NCBI GenBank assembly: GCA_965197905.1
Contig: CBDAOB010000005.1
Span: 832,001 to 896,000, forward strand
DNA: 64,000 bases
Direction of reading: 5' to 3'
Source of the DNA: Candidatus Latescibacterota bacterium
GTDB lineage: Bacteria > Latescibacterota > UBA2968 > UBA8231
Below, piece by piece: positions 28,955-38,609 of this stretch. A program made the translations under genes and the position numbers. Below the pieces are notes generated by a model, which saw only the letters and a list, made by a program, of their open reading frames with translations, was not told where the DNA came from and ran no database searches. Each line of letters begins with the position of its first letter. Within the stretch, counting starts at the first letter, position 1.

Positions 28955-29863
28955 ATGGATCGTTTTCGCGGAGTGTTTCCGGCGCCAGTCACACCGATGA
29001 CGTCCGCCGGCGAGTTCGACGACGAGGTGTTCGCGCGGGTGCTCGAGTTCAACCTGCAGGCAGGCGTCCACGGATTCTGGCTGGCAGGTGGAACGGGTGA
29101 GAGCGTGCTGCTGGACGATGAGGAGAACGAGCGCATGGCGAGCGTTGCCGCCGACGTGGTCGGTGACCGGGGCGCGACCATCATGCACGTGGGCTCTCCC
29201 ACGACTCGTCGCTCCGCCGCCATGGCCGAGCACGCCGCGGCCGCGGGCGTCGACGCGATCTGTTGCGTGCCCCCCGTCTTCTACGCGCGATCCGAGGTGG
29301 AGATCGTCGAGCACTATCGAGCCGTCGCCGCCGCCGCCGATCTGCCGTTCTTCGTCTACAACCTGCCGTCCATGACGGGGATCGAAATCACTCCCGACCT
29401 CATGCGCAAGATCGCCGACGCGGTGCCTCAGCTCGTCGGCCTCAAGCACTCCGCTTCCAACTACGCGAACCTGCAGGAATTCATGGCGATGGATCTGCCC
29501 GCGTGTTTCATCGGCAATTGCCTGCTCCTTCTGCCGTCGTTGTCCCTCGGCGCCGTCGGCTGCATCGACGGTCCTCCCAACATGGCCCCAGAAGTCTTCG
29601 TCGAGGTGTGGGACGCCTTCCACGCCGGCGACATGGAGCGGGCCCGCACCGCGCAAGAGCGCGGACGCCAGATCAAGGAGCTGATCGGCGAGTCCGGGCC
29701 GCATCACTTCCATGCCGTGTTGAAGGCCATCGTCGGCGAGCGCATCGGATGCGACTGCGGCGACCCGCGCCGGCCCGGCTTGCCCCTTTCTCCCGAGCAG
29801 CGCGAGCACATTCTGGCCAAGGCGGCTGAATTCGGATTGGTGCGAGCAACAGTGGAGGTCTGA
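28955..29863 (+). CDS. Dihydrodipicolinate synthase / N-acetylneuraminate lyase family protein
   Basis: GVFPAPVTP, GGTGE, YNLP, GLKHS (Schiff-base Lys). ATG after AGGAGG. Confidence 0.88.
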   Translation: MDRFRGVFPAPVTPMTSAGEFDDEVFARVLEFNLQAGVHGFWLAGGTGESVLLDDEENERMASVAADVVGDRGATIMHVGSPTTRRSAAMAEHAAAAGVDAICCVPPVFYARSEVEIVEHYRAVAAAADLPFFVYNLPSMTGIEITPDLMRKIADAVPQLVGLKHSASNYANLQEFMAMDLPACFIGNCLLLLPSLSLGAVGCIDGPPNMAPEVFVEVWDAFHAGDMERARTAQERGRQIKELIGESGPHHFHAVLKAIVGERIGCDCGDPRRPGLPLSPEQREHILAKAAEFGLVRATVEV

Positions 29864-30412
29864 GGTGAGCAGGTCCCGGGTCGCGGCCACCACGCCCGCC
29901 AAACGACCCAATAAATCGCCCGCCACAAACTCGCGTACCTCGCGGGTATTCCTGTCCTGTCGGCTGAGGAATGGATCGAAACGCCCGGGACTCCTTATCT
30001 GTGCGTGAATGTTACGATCGCCACAGTATGCCACGATCACCTGGCGGCTTATTCAGTGGCGCTCGAGCTGCATCAAATGTGGTTCTCTCGAGAGAGCTTT
30101 GGTCGCCACATCTTCGTCGACTTGGGATACGGGTATCGTCAACATCGTTTCCACCGGCGGACTGGGCGACGATTCGCCGGTCTATATCCACCCTCACCGA
30201 ATTCTTCGTCGAAGATTTCTCTGCAGCCAACCCACCCTGATCCCGATTTCTCGAAGCGGGTTTAGTTCGATAGCGCCAAACGGTACGCCGCCACGGCATT
30301 TGACGCCAAACTACGACCTCGATCCAGGGGAATGACCGACCGGGCCCAAATTTTTGTCGATGCCCTCGGTTTTTATATCTTTCCCCAAAGGTCCCATGTT
30401 GCGAGGTGTCTA

Positions 30413-31693
30413 ATGCCAGCTGTCTATCCTCAAGAAAACGCCGAAACCGATGGTCTGATCGCCGAAATCTCCTACTTGAGAAAGCGGGTGACCGAGCTGG
30501 AGGAGGAGTCGCCGGGTATCGAAGAGGCCCTTCGCAAGAGTGAAGAGCGCTACCGGGCAGTGGCCGAAACGGCATTCGCCGGTATTTCAGACGTCCACGA
30601 GAATATCATTTACGCAAACCCCGCATTCGCCAAAATGCTGGGCCATGCCGACGGCGAGCTTATCGGGGTCAGCCTTTCGAATCTAACGGTGCCCGCCGAG
30701 TTCTCCCGCTTCCAACAGCTCACCGAACAACGACAACGGGGGGTCTGTAACCACTACGAGACCCACCTATATCGCAAGGACCGGAGCAGCCTTTCGGCGT
30801 TGGTGTCGGCATCGCCGCTGACCGCCCAGGACGGCAGTTTCGAAGGGACGCTTGCGGTGGTCCTCGATATGTCGGAAAGCAAGCGGGTGCAGAGGGAGCT
30901 GCAGAAGGCGAAGGAAGCGTATACCGAACGACTGGAGGATATGGTCGACGAACGCACCCGCGAACTCAAGGCGACCCAGGCGCAGTTGATACATTCCGAG
31001 AAGATGGCGTCGCTTGGCAACCTCGCGGCAGGTGTGGCGCACGAAATCAACAATCCGACAGGTGTCCTGTTAATGAAGCTGAAGTTTCTCCTTTCCATCG
31101 CCGACAGCGAGAAGCTTTCTCAAAAGATTGTTTCGAGCCTCGAAGTTGCCGTTCAACAGATCGATCGCATCGCCCGCATCACCCGAAGCCTGCTCAGTTT
31201 TTCGCGACAAGATCAGGGTACTCCTGTGGAGATCGATCTCAACAAGACCGTAGAGACCGCGCTCATACTCTCCGAGCTGGTGTTGAATTCACTGAAGATC
31301 GAATTGGCCGTTTCTCTCGATCCAAACCTGCCAAAGGTTTTGGCCGATCCAACGGATCTGGAGCAGGTGGTGATCAACCTGTTGAGCAATGCGGTCGACG
31401 CGATGCCCTCGGGGGGGCGGCTGGACATTGCTACGTTCACGGACGGTACCAACGGGTCCCAGGTTGTCTTTACTATCACCGACTCTGGAAATGGTATCCC
31501 GAAGGAACACCAGGGCCGGATTTTTGACCCGTTCTTCACCACCAAAGAGGTCGGGAAGGGTACCGGTCTGGGTCTGTCGGTCAGTTTCGGCGTAATCGAG
31601 AAACTGGGAGGACAGATTGAAGTCCAAAGTGACAGGGGGGTGGGGACATCGTTCACCGTTCGACTTCCAGTCGACCAGGATACCGCAAGCTGA
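30413..31693 (+). CDS. PAS-domain sensor histidine kinase (NtrB-like)
   Basis: PAS (YANPAF), H-box AGVAHEINNP, N-box NLLSNA, DSGNGI, FDPFFTTK, GTGLGLS. Confidence 0.92.
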   Translation: MPAVYPQENAETDGLIAEISYLRKRVTELEEESPGIEEALRKSEERYRAVAETAFAGISDVHENIIYANPAFAKMLGHADGELIGVSLSNLTVPAEFSRFQQLTEQRQRGVCNHYETHLYRKDRSSLSALVSASPLTAQDGSFEGTLAVVLDMSESKRVQRELQKAKEAYTERLEDMVDERTRELKATQAQLIHSEKMASLGNLAAGVAHEINNPTGVLLMKLKFLLSIADSEKLSQKIVSSLEVAVQQIDRIARITRSLLSFSRQDQGTPVEIDLNKTVETALILSELVLNSLKIELAVSLDPNLPKVLADPTDLEQVVINLLSNAVDAMPSGGRLDIATFTDGTNGSQVVFTITDSGNGIPKEHQGRIFDPFFTTKEVGKGTGLGLSVSFGVIEKLGGQIEVQSDRGVGTSFTVRLPVDQDTAS

Positions 31694-31748
31694 AACGCCC
31701 GCAGTCGCGCGACCATCTAATCCAAACCAATACGAATGGAGGTGTACG

Positions 31749-33206
31749 ATGGCGGGGTTGACATCTTTGTTGGCACTGATCGCCATGGTCGAAATCGCGA
31801 TCGCCCAGGAGTGGCGCATCGAAGAGGTTGCGGAAGGCACAAAGCCGGAGCTGGCGGTGGATCAGCTTGGCCGGCCTCGCATCGCCTTCATGACCGAAGC
31901 GCTGGAAGGTGGTGTGTTCTATGCCGTCCGCAGTACCGACGGCTGGGGGATCGAAGCGGTTGCGACCGGATATTTCTACGGTCCCCTCGATCTGGCTCTC
32001 GACGCCGAGGGCCATGCCCACATCGCCTACCACGACCATCAAGCCCCCAACTTCAATCCCCAGCTTGGGGACGCGACCTACGCCTTTCAGGATGGTGACG
32101 ACTGGGTCGTCGAGACTATCGTCCATGCAGGTCACGACGGGTGGGACACGAGCATCGCCGTATCTCCGTCGGGCGAGGTGCACGTGGCATCCATCGATCC
32201 CGTCCAGTTCGGCTCGCTAGAAGGGGTCGAATGGGCTGTGCGGGGGGCGGGTGGAGGCTGGTCGGTAGAGGCGATCGGCAGTGGTCCCGTCCCATATGAG
32301 TTCGGCACCGGGCTGGTGCTGAATCGGGAAGGGGTTCCCTCAATTGTCTATCACGACGGCAGCGAACGGCTCAACCCCGGACCCGATGGCAGCGACCTCT
32401 TTCTGGCGGTGAGAAACGGCGGGAGCTGGTCTTTGGAGGTCGTCGACCAACGTGGCGACGTGGGGAAATTCGCCAGCCTGGCGATGGACAGCCAGGACCG
32501 CGAGCACATCGCCTACTTCCATTGGACCGAAACCGGCGCCGGCATCGTCAAGTACGCCATTCGCGACGACACGGGTTGGCAGGTAGAAGAAGTGGACGAA
32601 TTGAATTCGGTGCAGATCGCTTTTCTGGGCGCCCGACGCATGATCGCGATCGCGGTGGACGGCGATGACCGGCCGCACATCGCCTACGCGGACCAGGGGA
32701 AGTTGCGCTATGCGCGTCACAACGGTACGGACTGGGACATAGATCTGGTTGCGGTGCCGATGGGAGACGGCGCCATCCTCGGACAGCTGGTCTCTCTGGC
32801 GTTGGATGAGTCCGGCCGGCCGCATGTCGCTTATTACGAGCTCGCTGCCAATGCTCCGTCCTCCACTGGAACCGTGTATTACGCGGTAGCTTCTGTGCCA
32901 ACCTCGGTAACCGAAACGGTGAAACTTCCGGAGAAATTTCGTTTGGCCAACGTCCCCAATCCGTTCAACCCCTCCACCGAGATCCGATTCTCCTTCGCAA
33001 CTCCGCGTCAGGTGCGGCTGGCTGTTTACAATCTGCTGGGACAGGAAGTTCGCCTGCTGCATTCGGGTTGGTTCGAGCCGGGCGCCCACCGAACAACGTG
33101 GGACGGCACGGATGCGGAGGGCAACGAGATGGCATCCGGCGTCTATCTGGCGTTTCTGCGCGCCGGGTCCCAGCAACAGGTGCGCAAGATGCTGTTGTTG
33201 CGTTAG
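31749..33206 (+). CDS. Secreted repeat (propeller-like) protein with C-terminal FlgD-Ig / T9SS-type-A-like domain
   Basis: Signal peptide MAGLTSLLALIAMVEIAIA; repeated LA(L)D..GRPHIAY; C-terminal PNPFNPST...WDG.D..G...ASGVY. Confidence 0.75.
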   Translation: MAGLTSLLALIAMVEIAIAQEWRIEEVAEGTKPELAVDQLGRPRIAFMTEALEGGVFYAVRSTDGWGIEAVATGYFYGPLDLALDAEGHAHIAYHDHQAPNFNPQLGDATYAFQDGDDWVVETIVHAGHDGWDTSIAVSPSGEVHVASIDPVQFGSLEGVEWAVRGAGGGWSVEAIGSGPVPYEFGTGLVLNREGVPSIVYHDGSERLNPGPDGSDLFLAVRNGGSWSLEVVDQRGDVGKFASLAMDSQDREHIAYFHWTETGAGIVKYAIRDDTGWQVEEVDELNSVQIAFLGARRMIAIAVDGDDRPHIAYADQGKLRYARHNGTDWDIDLVAVPMGDGAILGQLVSLALDESGRPHVAYYELAANAPSSTGTVYYAVASVPTSVTETVKLPEKFRLANVPNPFNPSTEIRFSFATPRQVRLAVYNLLGQEVRLLHSGWFEPGAHRTTWDGTDAEGNEMASGVYLAFLRAGSQQQVRKMLLLR

Positions 33207-33335
33207 TTTTGGCGTCGAGCCCCGGCCGTACGGCATTGCAGTCGCCGTCGGGCGGCCCCGGGCCGCGCGCCAAGCCAATCCGGATTTCGTGAAGTACTGA
33301 TTCTAGCATCACTTATCCCTTCAAAGGAACTGCCC

Positions 33336-36300
33336 ATGTATTTCCTGGTGCTTCTTTTCTCTGTCCTGGTTCTGGAGCCTTTTCCGCTCTTTGCTTCCAT
33401 CTCGTTCTCCAACCAGGCTTCCACGGCGGGTGTGGCCGACCCTGGTGAGGCCAACGGAGCCGCCTTTGGGGATTACAACGGGGATGGCTGGCCCGACCTG
33501 CTGGTGATGCGCATGGGCATCTGGGAGCATCCCCTGTTCTACCTCAACCAGGGGGATGGCAGCTTCGCAGACCAGAGCCAAGTCCTGGCTGCTGCTAAGA
33601 AGCAGGCATTGAGCGGGAGCTTCGTAGACTACGACGGCGACGGGGATCAGGACATCTACATCGTGTACTACGGTGCGTCCAACCAGCTCTTTCGCAACGA
33701 CGGCGGTGCATTCGCCAGGATCGACCCGCCAGATTTTCTGGCAGAAAACGACGTGGCGCTCAGTGCCGTATTTGGCGATTTCGACGGTGACGGCGCTGTC
33801 GATCTCTTTACCACCCATCGCTTCTCTGTGTCCAATCAGTTCTACACCCGCATGTACGCAGAAGGCTTTGCAGACCAGAGTCACATCATCAGCTCCCTGC
33901 GTTCCGGGCGGGACACCTTCAGCGCCGTGCCTTTTGACTACGATGACGACGGCGATCTGGATCTCTACGTCAGCAATTTAGGTTTTCCCAACCTGCTGCA
34001 CCGCAATGATGGTCACGGGGTTTTCCGACAGGTGGCCGAGGCTGTCGAACTGCGCCACCCGGGGGCCAGCGTGGCCGCTTTTCCGGCGGACTACGACAAC
34101 GATGGAGACCTGGACCTGTACGTGGTCAATGCAGGGGAGCAAGCCAATGTCCTCTATCGCAACAACGGGGACGAGCGCTTCGTCGACGTGACCTCAGCAG
34201 CGGGTACAGGGGAGAGAAGGAGGAGTTTAGGAGCGGGGTGGGCGGATTTCGACAACGACGGAGATCTCGACCTGATCGTCTCCAACTCAGGTGGGCCCAC
34301 TGTGTACGAAAACAATGGAGACGGCACGTTTGCGGATATCACTGCTGCGGCGCAGGGCGGGAGCCGGTCAGCGGGGCTGAGTACGGCGGGAGTTGCCGTG
34401 GCGGATTACGATCTGGACGGGGATGTGGATGTGTTCCTGGCCGGCACCGGGGAGGATCTGCTGCTGCGCAACGACAGCGCAGCGCAGGGCCACTGGTTGA
34501 GGCTGCGCCTCACTGCCCGTGGAAAGGCACAAACAGCCCTGGGGGCGCGGGTCACAATTGAGACGTCGGCCGGGATCCAGGTGCGCGAGTACGTGAATGC
34601 GGCAGCTTTGGGCTCTCTGCACGGAGACCTGCTGCACTTCGGCTTGGGATCCCAGGTGCAAGTGGACCAACTCACGGTGGACTGGCCTTTGGGGCAGCGC
34701 CAGGTCCTAAAGGGTGTGGAGGCGGATCAGGTCATAACCTTGCGGGAACCTCTGCCCCAGCGCGATCTGCGCATCCGCACAGTGGTGCGGCCTACCCTGG
34801 CTCCGGTCTGGGCACCGCTGGCGCCCGAGGTAGAGGTCTACAATGCCGGCCAGAGCCGGGTGACTGGCGTTGCTTTGCAGGCGCAAATCACCTATGGAGA
34901 CCGCTCTGTCTACAGCGCCTCCGAGCCTGTCCCCGGGCTGGCGACCGGGGCTTCTGCCCGGGTCCGCTTTCCGTCCTGGACGCCGGTGTTGGGCGGGGTG
35001 TACAGGTTCCGGTTTGAGCTGGAGATCAACGACGATGTGAGCGGCAACAATACCTGGGAGCGCACCTCGTACCTGTATCCTTTCAGGGACGTGGCCCCCG
35101 AACTCGGCGTGGACGATCCAGGCAAGGGCTGGGCCGGTGCTTTTGCCGACTACGACAGCGACGGCGATCTGGATATCTACATCTCCAATGGGGGGTCCCT
35201 GGGTAGGGGAGCCAATATCCTCTACCGCAATGACCTGGAGCGGGGATTCACGGATGTGACCGAGGCCAGCGGGACCGCTGATAGGGGCAATGGAACCGGT
35301 CTGGTCTTCGCTGATTTCGACCGGGACAGCTTCCTGGATCTCCTCATTCGCCAAAGGGGGTTTCTTCCCTGAGGGTGAGTCAAACCGGCTCTTCCACAAC
35401 AACGGGGACGGTAGCTTCTCGGATATTTCGACAGCAGCCGGTCTGGATCTTCAGGAGTCCAGCTATGCCCCAGCAGTGGGGGATTACGACCAGGACGGGT
35501 ACCTGGATCTGTACGTGTCGCAGCTCCGCAGACAGTCCAACAGACTCTACCACAACCAGGGAGATGGGACCTTCGAGGATGTGACCCAGGCCAAGAACAT
35601 CCAGAGCTCCGTCGACGTCAGCGGTTCCTCGGCAGCCTTTGCCGACTACGACAACGATGGAGACGTGGATCTCTACGCCAGTGTGTTCGGAGGGCATGAC
35701 CTGTTCTACTCCGATGTCGGCGATACCAGCTTCGCGGTCAGCCCTGTCGGGAATGAGAGGGGGGACTCAGTGGGGATAGTGATGGGAGACTACGACAGCG
35801 ATGGCGATCTGGATGTCTACGTGGTCAACCGGCACTGGCGCAGCGGGCTCTACCGCAACGAGGTGGATCAGCTGTTCGCGGACGTGAGCGCTGCCAGCGG
35901 CACCGAGAACTTCGCGCCAGGTACGGGCTGCGCCTTTGGCGATCACGACAACGACGGCGATCTGGACCTCTTCGTGGTCAACCTCGAAACAGCCGACCGG
36001 GTCTACATGAACCTGGGAGACGGCACGTTTGTGGATTTGGCCGGGGCCTTTGGCATGGCCGATACTTCGCGGGCGCGCGGGGTCATGTTGGGCGACTACG
36101 ACGAGGACGGGGACCTGGATGCTTACGTGGTCAACGAAGGAGCGAGGAATCGTCTCTACCAGAATGGCGGCAGCTCGCACAACTGGCTGAAGGTGGACGT
36201 GCAGGGCGTGCAGAGCAATACGGATGGCATTGGCGCGCGCATCGGCATTTTCTCCGAGGGCCAGGCCCTGATCCACGAAGTGAACGGCACCGCGGGTTTT

Positions 36301-36759
36301 TCCCAGAGCAGCCGCACAGCGCACTTCGGGTTGGGGGAACGCGACCAGATCGATTCCCTGGTGGTGCACTGGCCCAGCGGCCAGGTAGATAGCTACCTGG
36401 ACTTTGCGGCCAACACCACCCGGCAGGTGGTCGAAGGCCAGCGCCCCACAGCTGTGGAGGAGACGTCTGCGCCCGTGCCGCACCTGTTCGCCCTGGAGCA
36501 GAATCATCCCAATCCGTTCAACGCCTCGACCCTGATCGGGTTTAGCATCGCACAACCTGGCCGGGTGCGTCTGGTGCTCTACAATGCCCTGGGGCAGCAG
36601 ATCCGCGTCCTGATCGACCAGGACCTGGCGGCCGGGAGACGTCAGGTGGTGTGGGATGGCCGGGATGACCAGGGGCGGTCAGTGGCCAGCGGAGCCTATT
36701 ATTATCGCCTGGGGAGCGGCGGTGAGGAGAAGGTGCGCTCCATGGTGCTGCTGAGGTGA
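33336..36759 (+). pseudogene. Secreted FG-GAP / CRTAC1-ASPIC protein with C-terminal FlgD-Ig domain, split by a +1 frameshift near 35347
   Basis: Many DYDxDGDLD motifs, two ASPIC/UnbV-like segments (HFGLG...V.WP.G), PNPFN tail. ORFs 33336..35372 and 35290..36759 join into 1140 aa if one base is removed at attc (35346-35349). Confidence 0.75.
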
Positions 36760-36802
36760 GGTGGAGGATGGCGTAGGGGGACAGCTATGTCGACCCAGTT
36801 AT

Positions 36803-37651
36803 TTATCGCTTGATGAAAAAACCTGCGGAATAGACCGGCGCCTGCAGCGCATTCCTGGCCCGCGCGGAGTTGGTCGCGCTCAGTGAAACGCCGGCACCAT
36901 TGCCCAGGTCGTAGATCAGTTCCGGGCCGTAGGTGACGAAGCTCTGGTCGTTGGCGTATAACCCACCCATGCCTCCGCCAACTGCGTCGTCCCCATTCTC
37001 CAGCGACTCGAGGCCGCGCACGTGGAGTATGGCCGTGAAACCGACGCTAAAGGTGTAGCCGCATTCCACTGCATAGAGGAACTCGTCCGAAAAACCGTTG
37101 ATGCGGTTGTTGAATCCAATAGAGACATTCAGGTAGGCAGGTTTCGGATAGAAGGAATGTCCCGCCTGCAGGGCCAGTTGCTGATTGGCTTCGCCGTCGC
37201 CGGTCAGTAAACCGTTCGCCTGGGTGTCATCCCCCAAGGGCAGGCCTAGAACGAGGTCGGCGCCGAGCGTCGTCGCTCCCAGTTGTCGCAGGCGGTAGCG
37301 CAGACCGATCTGTGCGTCCCCGATTCCAGTGACATCGTCCCCTTTGAAGTAGACAAAACCGCTGGGGCGGCCGACTTGCTTGTTCAGGGTGATGCGTTTG
37401 AAAAATGGCAGATACCCGATGACGGTCAGGTCGGCTCTCAGCCCGTACTCGCCGTACAGGCTCGAAGTGTAGTCCGCCAGCGTCGGAATAGTAATCTTGC
37501 TGCCATTCACCTCGCGAAAGTTTTTCCCGCGCACCAGCTGCGTGTCGATCTTGAAGAAGCCGCTCCCTTGGGGTTGAGTCCAGGCCCCGGCGCCGGCATC
37601 GCCGGCACGGCCAAGTACTACGACGGCCAGCACAATTGCAAAGCGCTTCAA
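36803..37651 (-). CDS. Putative outer-membrane beta-barrel protein
   Basis: TTG 37651 after AGAGGAG; signal peptide then AWTQ..G; YGEYG, GIGDAQIGLRY; alternating beta-strand pattern and aromatic C-terminus. Confidence 0.6.
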   Translation of the reverse strand: MKRFAIVLAVVVLGRAGDAGAGAWTQPQGSGFFKIDTQLVRGKNFREVNGSKITIPTLADYTSSLYGEYGLRADLTVIGYLPFFKRITLNKQVGRPSGFVYFKGDDVTGIGDAQIGLRYRLRQLGATTLGADLVLGLPLGDDTQANGLLTGDGEANQQLALQAGHSFYPKPAYLNVSIGFNNRINGFSDEFLYAVECGYTFSVGFTAILHVRGLESLENGDDAVGGGMGGLYANDQSFVTYGPELIYDLGNGAGVSLSATNSARARNALQAPVYSAGFFIKR

Positions 37652-37692
37652 ATCACATGCTCCTCTTAGATCGTGAGCGCTGCCGATGGGAG

Positions 37693-38609
37693 TCACTGGA
37701 GTTCAGCAAAGCCGAAGGTGACATTGAACGGAACGCAGTGGATGATAACCCAATCATACGTAGTCATCTCCACATCGGCCGGAAGCGGGTAGCTCTGGGC
37801 GCCGGAAAAACTCTGCAGCTGACCGATTTTGAGGCTGGTGGGTCCAACCATGGCTGCGGTGGAGAGAAATACCTCCAGTGCAGGTCCTTTGCTCACCAGA
37901 AAGTCGTCGCCCAGAACCAGCTCCAGTACCCCCGAATCCCCCGTCTGGACAACGGCCCTCCCCTCGCACACATAACTGGAGCCGGGACGTGGCACGAACA
38001 TGCCCGCACGCTCACCTCCCGGTACCGTTACGACAATCGCGTTGCTGGTGACGCCCTCGGTTTCGGCGGTAATCGTCGTTCGTCCAGGCGAGGTGGCTGA
38101 TACCCGACCGGCATCGTCCACTGTGGCTACGCCCTCGTTCGAGCTGCGCCATTGATAGGACGTTTCTCCCAGCACCTCGCCACGCGCATTCTTATTCTCC
38201 GCGGCGAGTTGAAAAGTTCCGCCTTGCTGTATCTGGACCGCGGACGGCGATAATCGCACAACCGCCACTTGATCGCTGTCGTCAACCACGTTCACCAGAG
38301 CCGGATCGCTAACCACGTCCTCGATGCTGGCGGAGACGGTCACTTGCCCCGAGACCAGGCCGCGTACAGTACCCCGCTCGTCCACGGTAGCGATCTCCGC
38401 ATCCGATACGGACCAGCGGATGGAGGCATCGGCAAGGGGTCGTCGAAGTAGGTCGCTTCAAACCTCCGGCTTTCGCCGACCTGCACGGCCGCCATATCCG
38501 GAATCACGAGAATGCGGGGATCGACCGTCATGGGCGGATCGGCGATATGATCCGTACCCGTACAACCGTGAACCAAACCGGCGATGCCGATGCAAAACCA
38601 TTTCTTCAT
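37693..38609 (-). pseudogene. Lipoprotein with two Ig-like (Big_2) domains and a C-terminal DM13 domain, split by a frameshift near 38437
   Basis: Lipobox-like LVHGC; Big_2 motifs WS...IATVD..G and WRSSN..VATVD..G; DM13 GPALEVFLS...GAQSY.LP...VIIHC.PF...FG.A.L. One extra C in a C4 run fuses the ORFs (305 aa). Confidence 0.7.
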
